The translations under genes and the position numbers were made by a program. A DNA stretch of 32,000 nt from Thermodesulfobacterium commune DSM 2178 (lineage in GTDB: Bacteria; Desulfobacterota; Thermodesulfobacteria; Thermodesulfobacteriales; Thermodesulfobacteriaceae): contig NZ_CP008796.1 of NCBI RefSeq assembly GCF_000734015.1, positions 300,001 to 332,000 of the forward strand, given 5' to 3'. Below the pieces are notes generated by a model that worked only from the letters and a program-made list of their open reading frames with translations, made no database searches and was not told the DNA's origin. How positions within the stretch are numbered: position 1 is the first letter of the stretch; each line of letters opens with the position of its first letter. Below, one piece after another: positions 16,092 through 25,100 of this stretch.

Positions 16092-17276
16092 TTAAGTGTA
16101 TTTAAGAATAGTTTTTACTGCTTCGACAAAAGATTTTTTATGCCTTTTTAGGGTTTCTTCATCTACGCAAAAAGAAAGTCTTATATGGTTTGATACACCA
16201 AAACCACGCCCTGGGACAGCCAATATCAGATGTTCTTTTAGTTTTTGGCAGAAGGTAACATCATCCATCGGTACTTTAGGAAAGATAAAAAGTCCACCTT
16301 TAGGTTTAACAAACTCAAGCCCTGCCTCTTGGAGCATCTCACAGATAAGGTCTCTTCTTCTTTGATAAATATTGGTTTCTACCTTTGCAAAAGCGCACTC
16401 TGCAGCCAATCTTTGGGCTAAAGCCGGTGCGTTTACAAACCCTAAAATCCTATTGCAAAGGATTAATCCTTCTAAGATGAGTTTCTTAGATTGTATCTCA
16501 GGATGAACGGCTACAAAACCTATCCTTTCTCCTGCAAGAGAAAGTTCTTTAGAAAAGGAATAGGCAATAAGACTGTTTGGATAGTGTTTAAAAATAGAGG
16601 GTACCTGATGATTATCGAAAACTAAATTTCTGTATGGTTCGTCAGAAACTAAATATATAGGGTGTCCAAAGATTTTACTTTTTTCTGACAGAAGTTTAGC
16701 AAGACTTTTTATTTCTTCTTCGGTATAGATTTGTCCTGTGGGATTGTTAGGTGAATTTATCAGGACTATTTTGGTCTTTTCAGTAATATTTTGGTCTAAA
16801 GCTTCAAGGTTAAGGGAAAAATCCGGATAGGTAGACACAGGTTTAGGTATACCTTGATGGTTTTCTGTATAAAAGAGGTATTCTACGAAAAATGGAGAAG
16901 GGAAAATCACCTCTTCTCCTGGGTTGAGAAGAGTTTTAAAAATGATATTTAAAGCACCAGCTGCACCACAGGTCATAATTACGTCTTCGTAGGTGAGCAT
17001 AACCCCTTGCTCTATACTTACCTTTTTTGCCATCATCTCTCTCACAAAAGGAAACCCAGAGTTAGGCATATAACGATGAAAGGATGGTTCATAGGTTTCT
17101 ATAATCTTTTGTAAAGCTTCTTTTACCTGAGGGGGAGGAGGAAGGTCTGGATTTCCTAAAGTTAGGTCTAAAACTTGGTCCTCACCATGAGTTTTTTTAA
17201 GTTTTATACCTTCTTCAAACATTTTTCTTATCCAGGAACTTCTCTCCAGATAATCTTTGATTTGCAGTGAAATCAT
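16092..17276 (-). CDS. PLP-dependent aminotransferase, class I/II (aspartate aminotransferase-like)
   Basis: The 394-aa ORF has SPNNPTGQ, the PLP lysine context SFSKELSLAGERIGF, and a C-terminal RLSF motif. Confidence 0.85.
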   Translation of the reverse strand: MISLQIKDYLERSSWIRKMFEEGIKLKKTHGEDQVLDLTLGNPDLPPPPQVKEALQKIIETYEPSFHRYMPNSGFPFVREMMAKKVSIEQGVMLTYEDVIMTCGAAGALNIIFKTLLNPGEEVIFPSPFFVEYLFYTENHQGIPKPVSTYPDFSLNLEALDQNITEKTKIVLINSPNNPTGQIYTEEEIKSLAKLLSEKSKIFGHPIYLVSDEPYRNLVFDNHQVPSIFKHYPNSLIAYSFSKELSLAGERIGFVAVHPEIQSKKLILEGLILCNRILGFVNAPALAQRLAAECAFAKVETNIYQRRRDLICEMLQEAGLEFVKPKGGLFIFPKVPMDDVTFCQKLKEHLILAVPGRGFGVSNHIRLSFCVDEETLKRHKKSFVEAVKTILKYT

Positions 17277-17296
17277 AGGTTTTCTCCTTGCAAATA

Positions 17297-17965
17297 TTAT
17301 AAGTTTTTAAAAATTTCTGGGGTAAACTTTGAACTCTGAGATATTTCCCAGAGAGTTTCAAAGGCTTTTAAAATCAACGGGTCATCTATATAAAATCTAT
17401 ACCCAAAGCAGGCTGAGTTTACCGAAGGAATAAGCACTTGTCCTTCCATCCAGTCAAACTGCAGAACTAAATGTTGATGGACAAATCCTTCTTGAAAAGT
17501 AAGGGTCATAAGAGTTTGGTCAAACCATTCAACCGTCCATAGATGGGTATACACATATACCTTAGGTTTGTTAGGAGGGGTAAAGCTTGCCTTTTCAAAA
17601 GGTAGATTTCTAAGTTTATTAAGGATTTCGTAAGGTATGGACTGGATTGCCCGATTGTCTATAAGATGTTTTTCTTTTTCTTCCAAGTATAAAAAATATT
17701 CCTTAGTTGCTCCTCCTTCAGTAGAAAGGATTTCTACCCAAGCAGGTTTGGTAAGATATAACCTTACAGGAAAGGCTTGATGCTTGACTTTATCATACAA
17801 AGAAAGAAAGTGAGAAAAATGAATAGGAAGGTCTGGAGGTGGTTCGTCATGTTCATCTTTAGCTTTAAAAATTAAAAAGTTAAAGTCAGGTGAAAGAAAA
17901 ATAGACTGATCTTTGGTTTTTTGACGAGATTTTAAGTATCTTAAAGCCTCTAATTTTTGATACAC
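17297..17965 (-). CDS. Hypothetical protein (first gene of the aminotransferase-tgt-yajC transcription unit)
   Basis: The 222-aa ORF has a GTG start preceded by GGAGG (10-nt spacing). I recognise no motif. Its composition looks coding. Confidence 0.55.
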   Translation of the reverse strand: MYQKLEALRYLKSRQKTKDQSIFLSPDFNFLIFKAKDEHDEPPPDLPIHFSHFLSLYDKVKHQAFPVRLYLTKPAWVEILSTEGGATKEYFLYLEEKEKHLIDNRAIQSIPYEILNKLRNLPFEKASFTPPNKPKVYVYTHLWTVEWFDQTLMTLTFQEGFVHQHLVLQFDWMEGQVLIPSVNSACFGYRFYIDDPLILKAFETLWEISQSSKFTPEIFKNL

Positions 17966-18062
17966 CTGTTAAAATCCTCCGAATTTAACTTTTAAATAGA
18001 AATTTTAACATCTTATATAAAAAGAAAAAGGGTTGTCCATGAATTTTTAGAGTTTACATAGC

Positions 18063-18089
18063 TAAAGTTTTTTTTTATCTGTCCGATAA
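18063..18089 (+). promoter_or_regulatory. Sigma-28 (FliA)-type promoter of the flagellin gene
   Basis: TAAA (18063-18066), a 15-nt spacer and tCCGATAA (18082-18089) match the class III flagellar consensus TAAA-N15-GCCGATAA at all but one position. The motif lies about 40 nt upstream of the flagellin ATG. Confidence 0.8.
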
Positions 18090-18129
18090 GAATATACAAA
18101 AGAAAAAAACAAAAAAGGAGGTGCCAGAT

Positions 18130-19653
18130 ATGGCAGTTAAAATTAACTTTAACGAAGCAGCTGCTCAGACCCACACAGCTTTATTAAGAAACGAGCGTGC
18201 TATGAACAAATCCTTACTGAGGTTGTCTACAGGAGTCAGGATTTTGAATGCGTCAGACGACTCGGCAGGACTTTTTATTGCGGACATGCTTGGAACAGTT
18301 GCAAAGGGATATGACCAGGGTAACCGTAACATTCAGACAGGTATTTCCGCTTTGCAGATTGCGGAAGCTTCAGCAGGACAGATCTTTGACAAACTTCAGG
18401 AGATTTATGTAAGAGCGCAGAATGCAGCAAACGACATTAATGACCCTATTGCAAGGGCTGCTTTACAACAAGAAATCAGAAACTTTGTGGATGCTATTCA
18501 AAAGATAGGTGCTGATACAGAGTATAACGGAATAAAACTTTTGGATGGCACATTTAAAGATAAATATATTCACTACGGTGCAAGACTTGAACAGACAGTA
18601 TATCTGTCAATAGATGATGTTAGGGCACAAAGTTTAGGTGCTCATATGATAAAGACCAGCGGAAATAAAGTTGCAGCTAGTGACGTTTTAACAAGTCTTA
18701 CTGATGTAGTATTTGGAACTAATCAAACCATAACAGTTGGTGGTAGAGTAATTGATGCAACTATACAAAATGTTAATGGTTCTACAACCAACTACATCCT
18801 GGATGCAGGGTATATGGCAGAACAGATTAATTCTAATCTCAGCGACATAGGTTTTAAGGCAAAGGCCATAAATGTTAGTATTGGTGAAAAATATACAGCG
18901 ATAGCTGATGTTTCAGACACGGCTACTCTAACTTTTTATGTAGGAGATAAGTCTTTTAGTTTTACTGCAGAAACTACGATATCTCTTGATGAACTTGTAG
19001 AGAAGATAAACCGTGAAGCAGCAACTGCTGGCGCAGACCTTACTGCCTCAACCGATGCAGGAAGACTTGTTCTTACCTCTTCTAAAGGTTATACTATTGG
19101 TGTTGAAATTAGCCTTGCAAGCGCAACAGGTACTATTAATATCAATCAAATTGTTAATGACTTAGAAAATGCTTCTGCAGGAACCATTCAATCTCAAACT
19201 AGTGCAACCACAGCTTCTGCAGTAAAGGTTGGAGATCTTTATATTGCTAATGATAAAAATTTTACCTTGGATTTAGGATCAGTAACTAACACCGCCTTAG
19301 GAAATTTTGAAATTGGCTCAACTACAGGATCCCAGTTTAAGAATCTTTATTCTATAAATGTGACTTCAAATGAGGGAGCAGAGGCATCGATGCTTATTGC
19401 TGAGGTAGCGTTAAGAAAAGTTGATACCATAAGGGCGCAGATTGGTGCGACGATGAACAACCTTCAGTCTATTTTTGACTCACAGAAGGTGGCATATGAT
19501 AATACTAAGGAAGCAGAGTCAGTGATTAGAAATACTGACTATGCGAAGGAGATGGCGGAGTTTACTACTTATCAGATTCGTATGCAGGCAACCGTTGCGA
19601 TGCTTGCACAGGCAAATACTCAGCCACAATTAGTGCTTCAGTTGTTGAGGTAG
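18130..19653 (+). CDS. fliC: Flagellin
   Basis: The conserved N-terminus is INFNEAAAQTHTALLRNERAMNKSLLRLSTGVRILNASDDSAGL and the C-terminus is TDYAKEMAEFTTYQIRMQATVAMLAQANTQPQLVLQLLR. The centre is variable and Thr/Ala/Gly-rich. I prefer the ATG at 18130 (9 nt after AGGAGG, 18115-18120) to the in-frame GTG at 18121 used by the ORF track. Confidence 0.95.
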   Translation: MAVKINFNEAAAQTHTALLRNERAMNKSLLRLSTGVRILNASDDSAGLFIADMLGTVAKGYDQGNRNIQTGISALQIAEASAGQIFDKLQEIYVRAQNAANDINDPIARAALQQEIRNFVDAIQKIGADTEYNGIKLLDGTFKDKYIHYGARLEQTVYLSIDDVRAQSLGAHMIKTSGNKVAASDVLTSLTDVVFGTNQTITVGGRVIDATIQNVNGSTTNYILDAGYMAEQINSNLSDIGFKAKAINVSIGEKYTAIADVSDTATLTFYVGDKSFSFTAETTISLDELVEKINREAATAGADLTASTDAGRLVLTSSKGYTIGVEISLASATGTININQIVNDLENASAGTIQSQTSATTASAVKVGDLYIANDKNFTLDLGSVTNTALGNFEIGSTTGSQFKNLYSINVTSNEGAEASMLIAEVALRKVDTIRAQIGATMNNLQSIFDSQKVAYDNTKEAESVIRNTDYAKEMAEFTTYQIRMQATVAMLAQANTQPQLVLQLLR

Positions 19654-19670
19654 TAAGACTTAGAGGGTGG

Positions 19671-19700
19671 AGGCAGGGATTATCCTGCTTCTGCCTTTTG
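19671..19700 (+). terminator. First hairpin downstream of flagellin
   Basis: AGGCAG (19671-19676) pairs with CTGCCT (19691-19696). An alternative inner stem is GCAGG/CCTGC. TTTTG follows. Confidence 0.5.
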
Positions 19701-19715
19701 TTTAAGCTTAAGAGA

Positions 19716-19750
19716 GGGGCGGGTTTAAAAATCCGCCCTTTTTTGTTTTT
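19716..19750 (+). terminator. Rho-independent terminator of the flagellin gene
   Basis: GGGCGGG (19717-19723) pairs with TCCGCCC (19732-19738) across an 8-nt loop. TTTTTTGTTTTTT follows. Confidence 0.8.
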
Positions 19751-19796
19751 TCTGTCTTTTTCTGTCAAAAACTTTATAACCTAATCGTTTGGCACT

Positions 19797-20300
19797 AATT
19801 TACCGATAGAGAATAAAATCAAAAATCTTTCCGTAATCTTTTGACTTAAAAAATTTTCAGAAAACACATTTCTCCCATATCCTCTCTTAACATCACAAAA
19901 ATGTTATAGGACAAAAGCTGTAACGCACACCAAAACGCATTGGCTCCGAAACCCCCAAAAGGCATATATTCTACTTCAAATCCTATCTTTAACTCCTTGA
20001 TAATGTTCTCCATCTCCCCCTCTCATCGTATCGGTAGACCACCTCCTCAGCCTCTCTTGCCCTCAGGCAAAACCTCAAGAGCAGCTTCTATCGCCCTTAC
20101 ATGCCCATCAACAAGAGCAAGCCCTGAAAGAGCTGTTAGGTTTTCATTAGTTCTCAGGATTTTGAAGTTAAGAAAGTTTTGTGGCATAACGAAATCCTTT
20201 TAGGTTTAGGGAATTTTCACCTGATGGGTGATATTATAAATCGTTTAGATAGATTGGAAAATAGGGAAACATGAAAGAATATAAATTCCTATCGGCAATT
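19797..20300 (-). mobile_element. Internally deleted IS4-superfamily insertion sequence relic (~0.5 kb) with imperfect terminal inverted repeats
   Basis: The candidate TIRs are AATTTACCGATAGAGAAT (19797-19814) and the reverse complement of ATTCCTATCGGCAATT (20285-20300), sharing AATT..CCGATAG.GAAT. They enclose transposase fragments on the minus strand. The local GC content is visibly higher than in the flanks. Confidence 0.5.
19846..20187 (-). pseudogene. DDE transposase pseudogene (N-terminal ~46 aa joined to a C-terminal ~75-aa fragment, frameshifted)
   Basis: The minus-strand translation 20187->20047 is MPQNFLNFKILRTNENLTALSGLALVDGHVRAIEAALEVLPEGKRG*. A second frame gives ...EEVVYRYDERG. 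After a G5 run (C5 on the plus strand, 20016-20020) a third frame gives EMENIIKELKIGFEVEYMPFGGFGANAFWCALQLLSYNIFVMLRE...*, ending at 19846. Adding one G restores YRYDERGEMENIIKELK, an exact Y-2-R-3-E-6-K signature of IS4-type transposases. Confidence 0.65.
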
Positions 20301-20318
20301 TTGGGTTTGGTTTCCCTA

Positions 20319-20346
20319 TTGATAAATAAAAAAATCGTGCTATAGT
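20319..20346 (+). promoter_or_regulatory. Candidate sigma-70 promoter of the TetR/RND operon
   Basis: The motif is TTGATA (20319-20324), a 16-nt spacer and TATAGT (20341-20346). Confidence 0.55.
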
Positions 20347-20357
20347 CAAAAATTAAT

Positions 20358-20369
20358 GTAAGTACTTAC
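20358..20369. promoter_or_regulatory. Candidate TetR operator (perfect 12-bp palindrome)
   Basis: GTAAGTACTTAC (20358-20369) lies between the putative -10 and the SD of the TetR gene, the usual position for autoregulatory TetR operators. Confidence 0.45.
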
Positions 20370-20385
20370 TAAAAAGGATGATAAG

Positions 20386-20988
20386 ATGGGCAAAAATACA
20401 AAAAAAAGACTTCTTGAAGCTGCCTTAAAGGTTTTTTCAGAGAAAGGGTTTTTAGGTGCAACCACCAAAGAGATCGCTAAACAGGCTGGGGTAGCTGAGG
20501 TAACTCTTTTTAGACACTTCGGTTCTAAGGAAAATCTTTTTGCAGAAACCATAAATCAGTATTCTTTTTTACCTAAACTAAAAGAGATCTTGCCTGAGAT
20601 AAAAACTGAACCTCCAGACATTGCTTTAAAGAAAATAGCTCGAGAGTTTTTAAACGTTCTTGAGTCTAAGAAAAACTTGATACGGATCATGTATACAGAT
20701 TTTCACCGATACCCTGACCATATTAAAAAGATTCACGAATCCATCATAGAAAATATCATAGAGCTTATTTCTGCATATTTTAACGAGCTGATAGAAAAGG
20801 GTATTTTTAGAAAGGTTGATACGCATTTTGCGGCGAGAGCGTTTTTAGGGATGTTTTTTTCTTACTTTTATGCTAAAGAAATCAAAGAGTTTCTAAACAT
20901 CAAAAAAAATGATTTGGAAGAAATTATAAACTGTTATGTCGACCTTTTTATAAAAGGAATTGAACTTAAACCAGAGTCGGAGGCATAG
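20386..20988 (+). CDS. TetR/AcrR-family transcriptional repressor
   Basis: The 200-aa ORF has the N-terminal HTH region LLEAALKVFSEKGFLGATTKEIAKQAGVAEVTLFRHFGSKENL. It is first in the efflux operon. Confidence 0.9.
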   Translation: MGKNTKKRLLEAALKVFSEKGFLGATTKEIAKQAGVAEVTLFRHFGSKENLFAETINQYSFLPKLKEILPEIKTEPPDIALKKIAREFLNVLESKKNLIRIMYTDFHRYPDHIKKIHESIIENIIELISAYFNELIEKGIFRKVDTHFAARAFLGMFFSYFYAKEIKEFLNIKKNDLEEIINCYVDLFIKGIELKPESEA

Positions 20989-20993
20989 GCTAT

Positions 20994-22103
20994 ATGTTGA
21001 GGATATTAAGTTTTATATTCGCTATAATGTTAAGCCTTTCTGGTTGTGCTAAAAAAGATGCAGAACAACCTAAGGCTACGATAGTACCTGTAACTGCCTA
21101 TCAGGTTCCTCAACCTAAAGACCATAAGGTTGAATTGGTCTATCCTGGCAAGACTAAAAGTATTTCTTTCGTAACGGTATCAGCAAGAATTACAGGGGTA
21201 TTACAAAAGCAGTATTTTAAGGAAGGGGATTTTGTTAAAAAGGGTCAGGTACTTTTTTTGATAGAACCTGATTTGTATGAAGCCAATTATAAAAGCGCAA
21301 AGGCTAACTTAGAAAGAGCCCTTGCCGAGTATGAGAAAGCAGAAAAAGATTGGAGAAGGATAGAAGCATCTTTTAAAGCAAAGGTAGTAAGTGAACAAGA
21401 AAGAGACTTTGCCCTTTCTGCTTATAAAACTGCTAAGGCAAATGTTGAATATGCTAAGGCCCAGTTAAGACAAGCAGAGATAAACTTAGGCTACACCAAA
21501 GTTGTAGCCCCGGTTTCTGGTATTGTAGGACAGAGAATGGTAGACGTAGGGAATCTGGTAAATCCTGGTACGCCTTTGGTAACGATAAACCAGATAGACC
21601 CTATTTATGTAGATTTTTCTTTTCCTGATAGAGATTTAGTAAAATTAGGGTTCGAGATCACCAAAAAGGGGCTTATGGGACTAAAAGGTCTAAACCTTGG
21701 CTTAATCCTTGAAGGTAAAACTTATCCTTATTCAGGGGTGATAGATTTTGTAGACACCATCATCGATGAAAAGACCGCATCAGTTAAAGCCAGGGGACTT
21801 TTTAAAAATCCTGAAAGGATTTTACTTCCAGGGCAGTTTGTGCAGGTTGTAGTAAAAGGTATCACAAGAAAGAACATAATCCTAATACCTCAAAAAGCTG
21901 TGTTTCAGACACCTACCGGTCCTGTGGTCTGGATAATAAAGGATAACAAGGTACAGCCTCAGCCAGTAAAACTTGGAGAAACTTCAGACGAGTATGTAGT
22001 GATAGAAGAAGGCCTTAAACCAGGAGATATTATAGCTTTAGACAACTTACTTAAGCTCAAGCCAGGTGTTCCTGTAAAGGTGGAAAAGGTAGTTGGAGAA
22101 TAA
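20994..22103 (+). CDS. RND efflux periplasmic adaptor (membrane fusion protein, AcrA/MexA-like)
   Basis: The 369-aa ORF has a lipobox (LSLSGC), a biotinyl/lipoyl-like hairpin plus coiled coil, the motif APVSGIVGQRMVDVGNLVNPGTPLVTI, and a C-terminal beta-barrel region. Confidence 0.9.
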   Translation: MLRILSFIFAIMLSLSGCAKKDAEQPKATIVPVTAYQVPQPKDHKVELVYPGKTKSISFVTVSARITGVLQKQYFKEGDFVKKGQVLFLIEPDLYEANYKSAKANLERALAEYEKAEKDWRRIEASFKAKVVSEQERDFALSAYKTAKANVEYAKAQLRQAEINLGYTKVVAPVSGIVGQRMVDVGNLVNPGTPLVTINQIDPIYVDFSFPDRDLVKLGFEITKKGLMGLKGLNLGLILEGKTYPYSGVIDFVDTIIDEKTASVKARGLFKNPERILLPGQFVQVVVKGITRKNIILIPQKAVFQTPTGPVVWIIKDNKVQPQPVKLGETSDEYVVIEEGLKPGDIIALDNLLKLKPGVPVKVEKVVGE

Positions 22104-22105
22104 GT

Positions 22106-25100
22106 ATGATTTCAAAGTTTTTTATAGAAAGGCCGAGATTTGCGGCAGTAGTTTCTATCTTTTTTGTTTTGCTTGGGATTTTAGCTATACAAGTACTCCC
22201 TATCCAAGAATATCCAGCCCTTACCCCTCCTCAAATAATGGTTAGAACTGTTTATCCTGGGGCAGACGCCGAAACTGTTTTAAAAACAGTAGTTACTCCT
22301 TTAGAAGAAAGTATTAACGGTGTCCCTAACATGATTTATATGTCAAGTACTGCTTCTTCAAGCGGAGATGTTAACATAAATGTTTACTTTGAAGTAGGGA
22401 CTGATGTTAACGTTGCGAAGATGGATGTAAATAACAGGGTACAAATGGCCTTGAGTAAACTTCCTGAAGAGGTAAGAAGACAAGGAGTTCAGGTAAGAGA
22501 ACGTTCCCCTGACATTGCTTTGGCGGTAGCTTTTATCTCTCAGGGAGGGGTAAGAAGCCCGGTAGAAATTTCTAACTTTGTTTTGATAAACGTGGTAGAA
22601 GAGTTAAAGCGTATACCCGGGGTAGGAGACGTTGTAATTTTTGATGATAAAAGTTATTCTATCAGGGTTTGGTTAAAACCCGATAAACTTGCTAAATATG
22701 GTTTAACCCCGATAGAAGTAGCCCAAGCTATTGCGTCTCAAAATCAACAGTTTTCTGCAGGAGGTATAGCTCAAGAACCTACAGATAAGGCTTATAGTTT
22801 TTCTTACACCGTAAAAGGAGATCCAAGGTTTGAAAAGGTTTCTCAGTTTGAAAACATCATCTTGAGGTCAAATCCTGATGGGTCTAAGCTACTTTTAAAG
22901 GACGTAGCAACCGTAGAGTTAAGTTCAGAGAACTTTAACAGACAGTCTTCTTATAAGAAAGATCCTGCTATCCCAGTAGGTATTTTTTTAGCACCCAATG
23001 CTAACCTTTTAGAAGTAAATAAAAAGGTAAAAGAGACGTTAAAACAGCTTTCGCATAACTTTCCAGAGGATATAAAATTTTATTATCCTTACGACCCGAC
23101 TCTTTATGTTAAGGAGGCTATTAAAGAGGTTATCGTTACTTTTGTAATAGCTTTAGTTTTAGTAGTGTTTGTTATTTATATTTTTTTAGGTAGTTTAAAA
23201 GCTACTATCATCCCTGTACTTGCCATACCTGTTTCTATCATTGGAACATTTGCTGGCATGTATGCCTTAGGTTTTTCTATCAACCTTCTTACCCTTTTTG
23301 GTCTGGTATTAGCCATAGGACTTGTGGTAGATGATGCCATCATCGTGATAGAAAATGCAGAAAGAATAAAGAGGGTTAAAAGGCTTTCTTCTAAAGAAGC
23401 AACCATCGAGGCTATGCAAGAGATAACAGGGCCTATCATAGCGATAGTACTTGTGCTTTCTGCGGTTTTTATCCCCGCAGCCTTTTTAGGAGGTTTTACC
23501 GGTGCTTTTTATCGTCAGTTTGCCGTAACCATCGCTATTTCTATGATCCTCTCTGGAATTGTAGCTCTCACACTGACCCCAGCCCTTTGTGCAAGATTTT
23601 TAGAGGAAGAGCATAAAAAGATGCCTTTACCTATTAGATTGTTTAATCTATTCTTTTTTAAAAGTAGAAAGTGGTTTGTAAACACAGTTAAAAATTTTCT
23701 TAGATTTGTACCGATAGGAATAGCGGTATTTATTTTTGTGGTAATAGGAACTATATTTTTTATCAAACGTCTACCTACAGGACTAGTGCCTTTTGAAGAT
23801 GATGGTCTTCTTAATATCTTTACTAACCTACCTCCAGGATCTTCATTAAAAAGAACGATAAATGTTGCCAACGAAATAAGTGATACCTTAGCCAAAACCA
23901 AAGAAATAGAGGAGTGGATAAACATAGCAGGTCTCGATTTGCAAACTTTTGGTTTTAAAAGCGATTCTTTGACTACTTTTATTCATCTAAAGGATTGGAA
24001 AGAAAGGAAGGGTAGAGAACATTCTTCATTTGCTTTGGTTCAGAGATTAAATCAACAATTTGCGAAAAACCGGGAGGCTTTAATCTTTGTAGTAAATCCA
24101 CCTCCTATTAGAGGCATGAGTTTGGTAGGTGGTTTTGAAATGTATATCCAGGATAGGTCAGGAAGACCTCTTTCTGACCTTTATAAATATGTTCAAGAGA
24201 TAGTGGCTAAAGCTAATCAAAGGCCTGAACTTACCGCAGTTAGAACCACTTTTGTTCCTAATGTTCCTACTTATAAGGTTACAGTTGACAGAGAAAAAGC
24301 TAAGGCCTATGAGGTAGATGTAGATGAAGTTTATCGTACTTTAAACATCGTGTTTGGTAAATACTATGTTAATGATTTTAACCTTTACGGTAGAATTTTT
24401 CATGTTAACTTAGGTGCAGAAGGTGAATATCGTGATGATTTAAGAGATTATAGTTATGTCTATGTTCGCTCAAAAAATGGAAACTTGATCCCTATCAGTA
24501 GTTTGATTAAAGTAGAGTTAATCCCAGATGCTCCTATTTTAGAAAAATTTAATATGTTCGTAAGTGCTAAAGTTTTAGGAAATCCTAAGCCTGGATATAC
24601 TTCAGGTGATGCTATCAAGGCTATTTCTGAGGTAGCCAAAGAAGTTTTACCTCCAGGATATACGATAGCCTGGGCAGGAACGTCTTATCAGGAGGTCAAG
24701 GTACAAACTAAGGGTAATTTAGCCCTTATATATGCCTTAATCTTTATTTATCTTATCTTGGTTGCGCTTTATGAAAGCTGGACTGCTCCCCTTGCCATCC
24801 TCTTAAGTGCACCTTTTGCCCTTTTTGGGGCAGCCTTGGGATTAAATCTTTTTGGTTTACAGAATGACGTATATTTCCAAGCAGGGCTTTTGGTTTTGAT
24901 CGGACTTTCTGCCAAAAATGCTATTTTGATCGTTGAGTTTGCAGAAGAAAGATTAAAACGTGGTATGGGGTTGGTTGAAGCAACGATAGAGGCCGCTTAT
25001 CTCAGGTATAGACCGATTATGATGACCTCCTTTGCTTTTATTGCCGGGGCTATACCTCTTATGTTTGCAAGTGGAGCCGGAGCTAACAGCAGAATGATCA

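Noticed and set aside
16096-16365. 89-aa + strand ORF
   Set aside because: It is antisense within the aminotransferase gene and has low-complexity composition. It is a shadow ORF. The same reasoning applies to 19565-19768 (-) over the flagellin 3' end and terminator, and to 20346-20552 (-) over the TetR 5' end.
18121-18129. GTG start for flagellin at 18121
   Set aside because: The GTG directly abuts the SD (AGGAGG, 18115-18120) with no spacing. The ATG at 18130 has 9-nt spacing and gives the usual MAxxIN flagellin N-terminus.
19940-20203. 87-aa + strand ORF (Pro/Ser-rich)
   Set aside because: It is the antisense shadow of the transposase relic. The minus strand carries the recognisable YREK-containing fragments, and the plus-strand product is low-complexity.
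23176-23925. Minus-strand ORFs 23176-23439 and 23515-23925
   Set aside because: Both are antisense to the clearly conserved RND transporter gene. They are shadow ORFs.
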